This document shows, one piece after another, positions 61,191 to 64,000 of a DNA stretch of 64,000 nucleotides. How positions within the stretch are numbered: the first letter of the stretch is position 1; each line of letters opens with the position of its first letter. The translations under genes and the position numbers were made by a program. Source of the stretch: Octopus sinensis (Eukaryota); NCBI RefSeq assembly GCF_006345805.1, contig NC_043019.1:16677360-16741359 (forward strand). The letters run 5' to 3'. Below the pieces are notes generated by a model. It did not search any database and was not told where the DNA came from. It worked only from the letters and a program-made list of their open reading frames with translations.

Positions 61191-64000
61191 ATGTCCATTC
61201 CCCAAAGCCCGCATGGGTCGTTGGGTCTTCTCCTGCCCATCATCTTACTAATTGAGGAGATCATTTGTATCTGTCTTCACCACTTTTTCTCAGGAAAAAA
61301 AAACCCCACAAAAGCATAAACCTAACCTGAAAAGAAACTGAAAATATATTTTATTCTCCATTTTATTATTTCAAAAAAGCCCAAGAAGTCACTTTTGGTA
61401 TTTTTCAACGAATATGACCCTCTGTGAATATGTCTTTCAACAAGTTCTCAATGGCCATGCCCACCCCCACAAAACTCTACCTCAATCAATTTCTTTTGAC
61501 TCATTCGAGCATGGAAAATGATTCCACCCACCCACCAGATATGATGGTTTGCAGGGTGGTGTCCAAGATGAGTATCCTGGTTGATTGACCAATAGAACCA
61601 CCAACTCACTGAGTTAGTTTGACAGTGGTTGAGTATTCCATTGATTCTTTAACTCTATCTTCAGGCAGACATATTCTGACCTGGCCAACCTTTTGCAATG
61701 GCAGTTACTGTCCATTCAACAAGATTCCTTACAGTTTCCACAGGTATGGACAAATGGTTAAGAGGCTAACTTCTCGATGGTAACATTCCGGCTCTCACTG
61801 TTTTTTGTGCAATTATCTTCCCCCCATAGAATCGTGGATTAACCAAAGCTAATCCTGTCAGTGAAACTGGAGAGGGTCAGACAATATTTTGATCCATTTC
61901 CGTGTCCCTTCCCCACCCCCGACCCTAATCCTATGTTCAACTGGAACTAATTAAATAGTACAATATTTTAACCGACTGAAAATGACTCTTCTCTTTGTTT
62001 TTCAGCTTCCGCCGTCCACATGCCTGGCATCATAATGCATTCTCTGCATTTTACATTTGGAGAGACTCATTTTTTTCATTCATTTAAACAAACACACACA
62101 CTTAATGGCATTTTTGTCCATTCACTGTTGTTCCCAAACCTTATTATATTCAACTCTATAAGCAGCCTCCATTGTTAGTGGAGGCAGAGGACAAAAACAT
62201 TCCGATACTATCAGCTATGAAAAGGCATTAGTGAACTACAATTGAACATATTTTCTATCACTGAACCAAGAGGTGGGCACAGATGGATTGGCAATAAAAG
62301 GATTAAGACAGAGAGAATATCTCCACAGTTGCTCAACGCTTTTGTTACCAACCTGCCTGAGGCTGCACCAGGCTCTATGATGTAAACAACTTGTTTTACA
62401 AAATAATTGAAACTACAACCTGCCATCAAATTTGTTTTATTAATCTATATTGCAAACATTAGCTTAACGATAAAGATATGTTTTATAATTCTTTATCATT
62501 AAAAAAATTCAATTGAAATTCAAGGCAGTATATTTCAACAGAAATATAGAATGGAACTGATAAAAATTATGTTTTGTATTCACACCTGCGTTTGTGGCTT
62601 TTGTGTAGTTTGTATGTAAAAAATTGAAATCTATCAATCAAGTTCACACCCTGTTTGTGTCAATTCTTAATCCTTAACTTTCTGTATGACATGTCACAAA
62701 GGATAGCCTCAGACCGCCAGTCCTGAAACATGTGGTATCACACAAATAATACTAACCTTATTCACATTCATTTTGAAGGAAGAGGGGAACTCTTTAGTGT
62801 AATGGGTGTGGGGATACTCAAATCCTTTCTGCTGTTTGTCTAAGTTCTGTAATGGAATCATTAGGGGACTGTACTTCAAAATCACTTGAAACAAAGACAT
62901 TGTATTCGAAGAGAAATATAATAACAAAAGCATTAAGAAAGTGTATATTTAGATGACATTAAGAACATGCCTTTCCTAAGGAAGGATGTCCATGTGCACT
63001 GAAGTAATTAGAGTATAATTAGTCTCTAATTAGTTCACAACATAAAATCCAATACATTTGAAGTAAGGGTAATTTGATCCAGACAGTCTTTGACTGATTC
63101 CATTCATTGGACTGTGGCTATGTTGGGGCTGCCCACATCAAGTAGTATTTTAGCCCATCATATTGACCCCACTACTTATTCTTATTGATCACCACTTGTT
63201 CCTTTAAATTAGCGATTCAACAAGCCATAAATAACAAAAGATTTCAGACAAAATCAAGCGGACAGTAAATGACGATGATGATGATGACACGTGTGTGTGT
63301 GTGGGGGGGGGGTAGCCTAAAGTTATATTGAAACAAGTTTTAAAATATCAACAGAGCACGACCTGATGGAGCAACTCTAGACTGAGTGTCAAGTAAAGAT
63401 CAAGCTGATTGGGACTTTGAAGTTTTGCCCATCAACTTGTTCAACCAATGTATAAAGCTGTAACCTGGTTAATGTCTTTCTTCTGACATTCAACCCTGTC
63501 GCACATCCTTGTAGCTTCATAAATTCTACTGGATCACCTCGTTATCTGCCAATTAGATTTCTATTACAGCTCCTCCCCCATCTCTGTTGGCTCTGCTTTT
63601 CCTTGTTCTTTTTATATTTCCCTCTACTGACTCACTCCCTCTCTTCTATTTTCAGCTTGCTCTTACTTTTAAACCTTATCTCTGTTACTCTCTCTCTCTC
63701 CCTCTACTGCAATGGAGCTCTGCATTCAATATACATTATCTTCAACCATTAATTTCTTACAATCATGGGACAGGTGACACTATCTGTATATTACTTCATA
63801 TACATTCATTAATACCAATTTACTACATGAATATGGATGCACAATACACTTACTGGTCACCAACCCCCAGAAACAGCTGTAAAGAATAGCCTGGATTCTC
63901 CTACCCCTTACCTATGATGTTAGAGTACAGATTCTCTGCATATTTTGTTTTCCTGTTATTCTGCTTCGTTATATTTATACTCACATCTCTAGAACTAATT

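Noticed and set aside
62211-62429. 72-aa minus-strand ORF (MMAGCSFNYF...)
   Set aside because: No recognisable homology or splice support

Overview
Eukaryotic, AT-rich, repeat-dense genomic DNA. The tRNA-derived SINE families, RTE/CR1/Penelope LINE content and microsatellite load resemble an octopus/cephalopod genome; this is inferred from recalled repeat families, not a database result. Two protein-coding genes lie tail-to-tail. The last five coding exons of SLC17A9 (vesicular nucleotide transporter) are on the + strand (362-5328). A complete nine-exon, 314-aa, unusually Cys-rich four-repeat annexin is on the - strand (52153-24722), with a ~17 kb first intron and a possible alternative first exon at ~49.3 kb. 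The rest is mostly decayed or young mobile DNA: RTE, CR1, R4/Dong and Penelope-like retroelements, at least three SINE families, a Tc1/mariner deletion derivative and several MITEs. Most notable are a 5'-inverted (twin-priming-like) CR1 nested in an R4/Dong element, a single SINE whose internal microsatellite has expanded to ~4.7 kb, two minimal hammerhead-ribozyme-like motifs, and the alternative-promoter/uORF architecture of the annexin 5' end. Nearly all long ORFs in the supplied track are microsatellite or TE artefacts. Exon boundaries were read by hand; TE boundaries are approximate.
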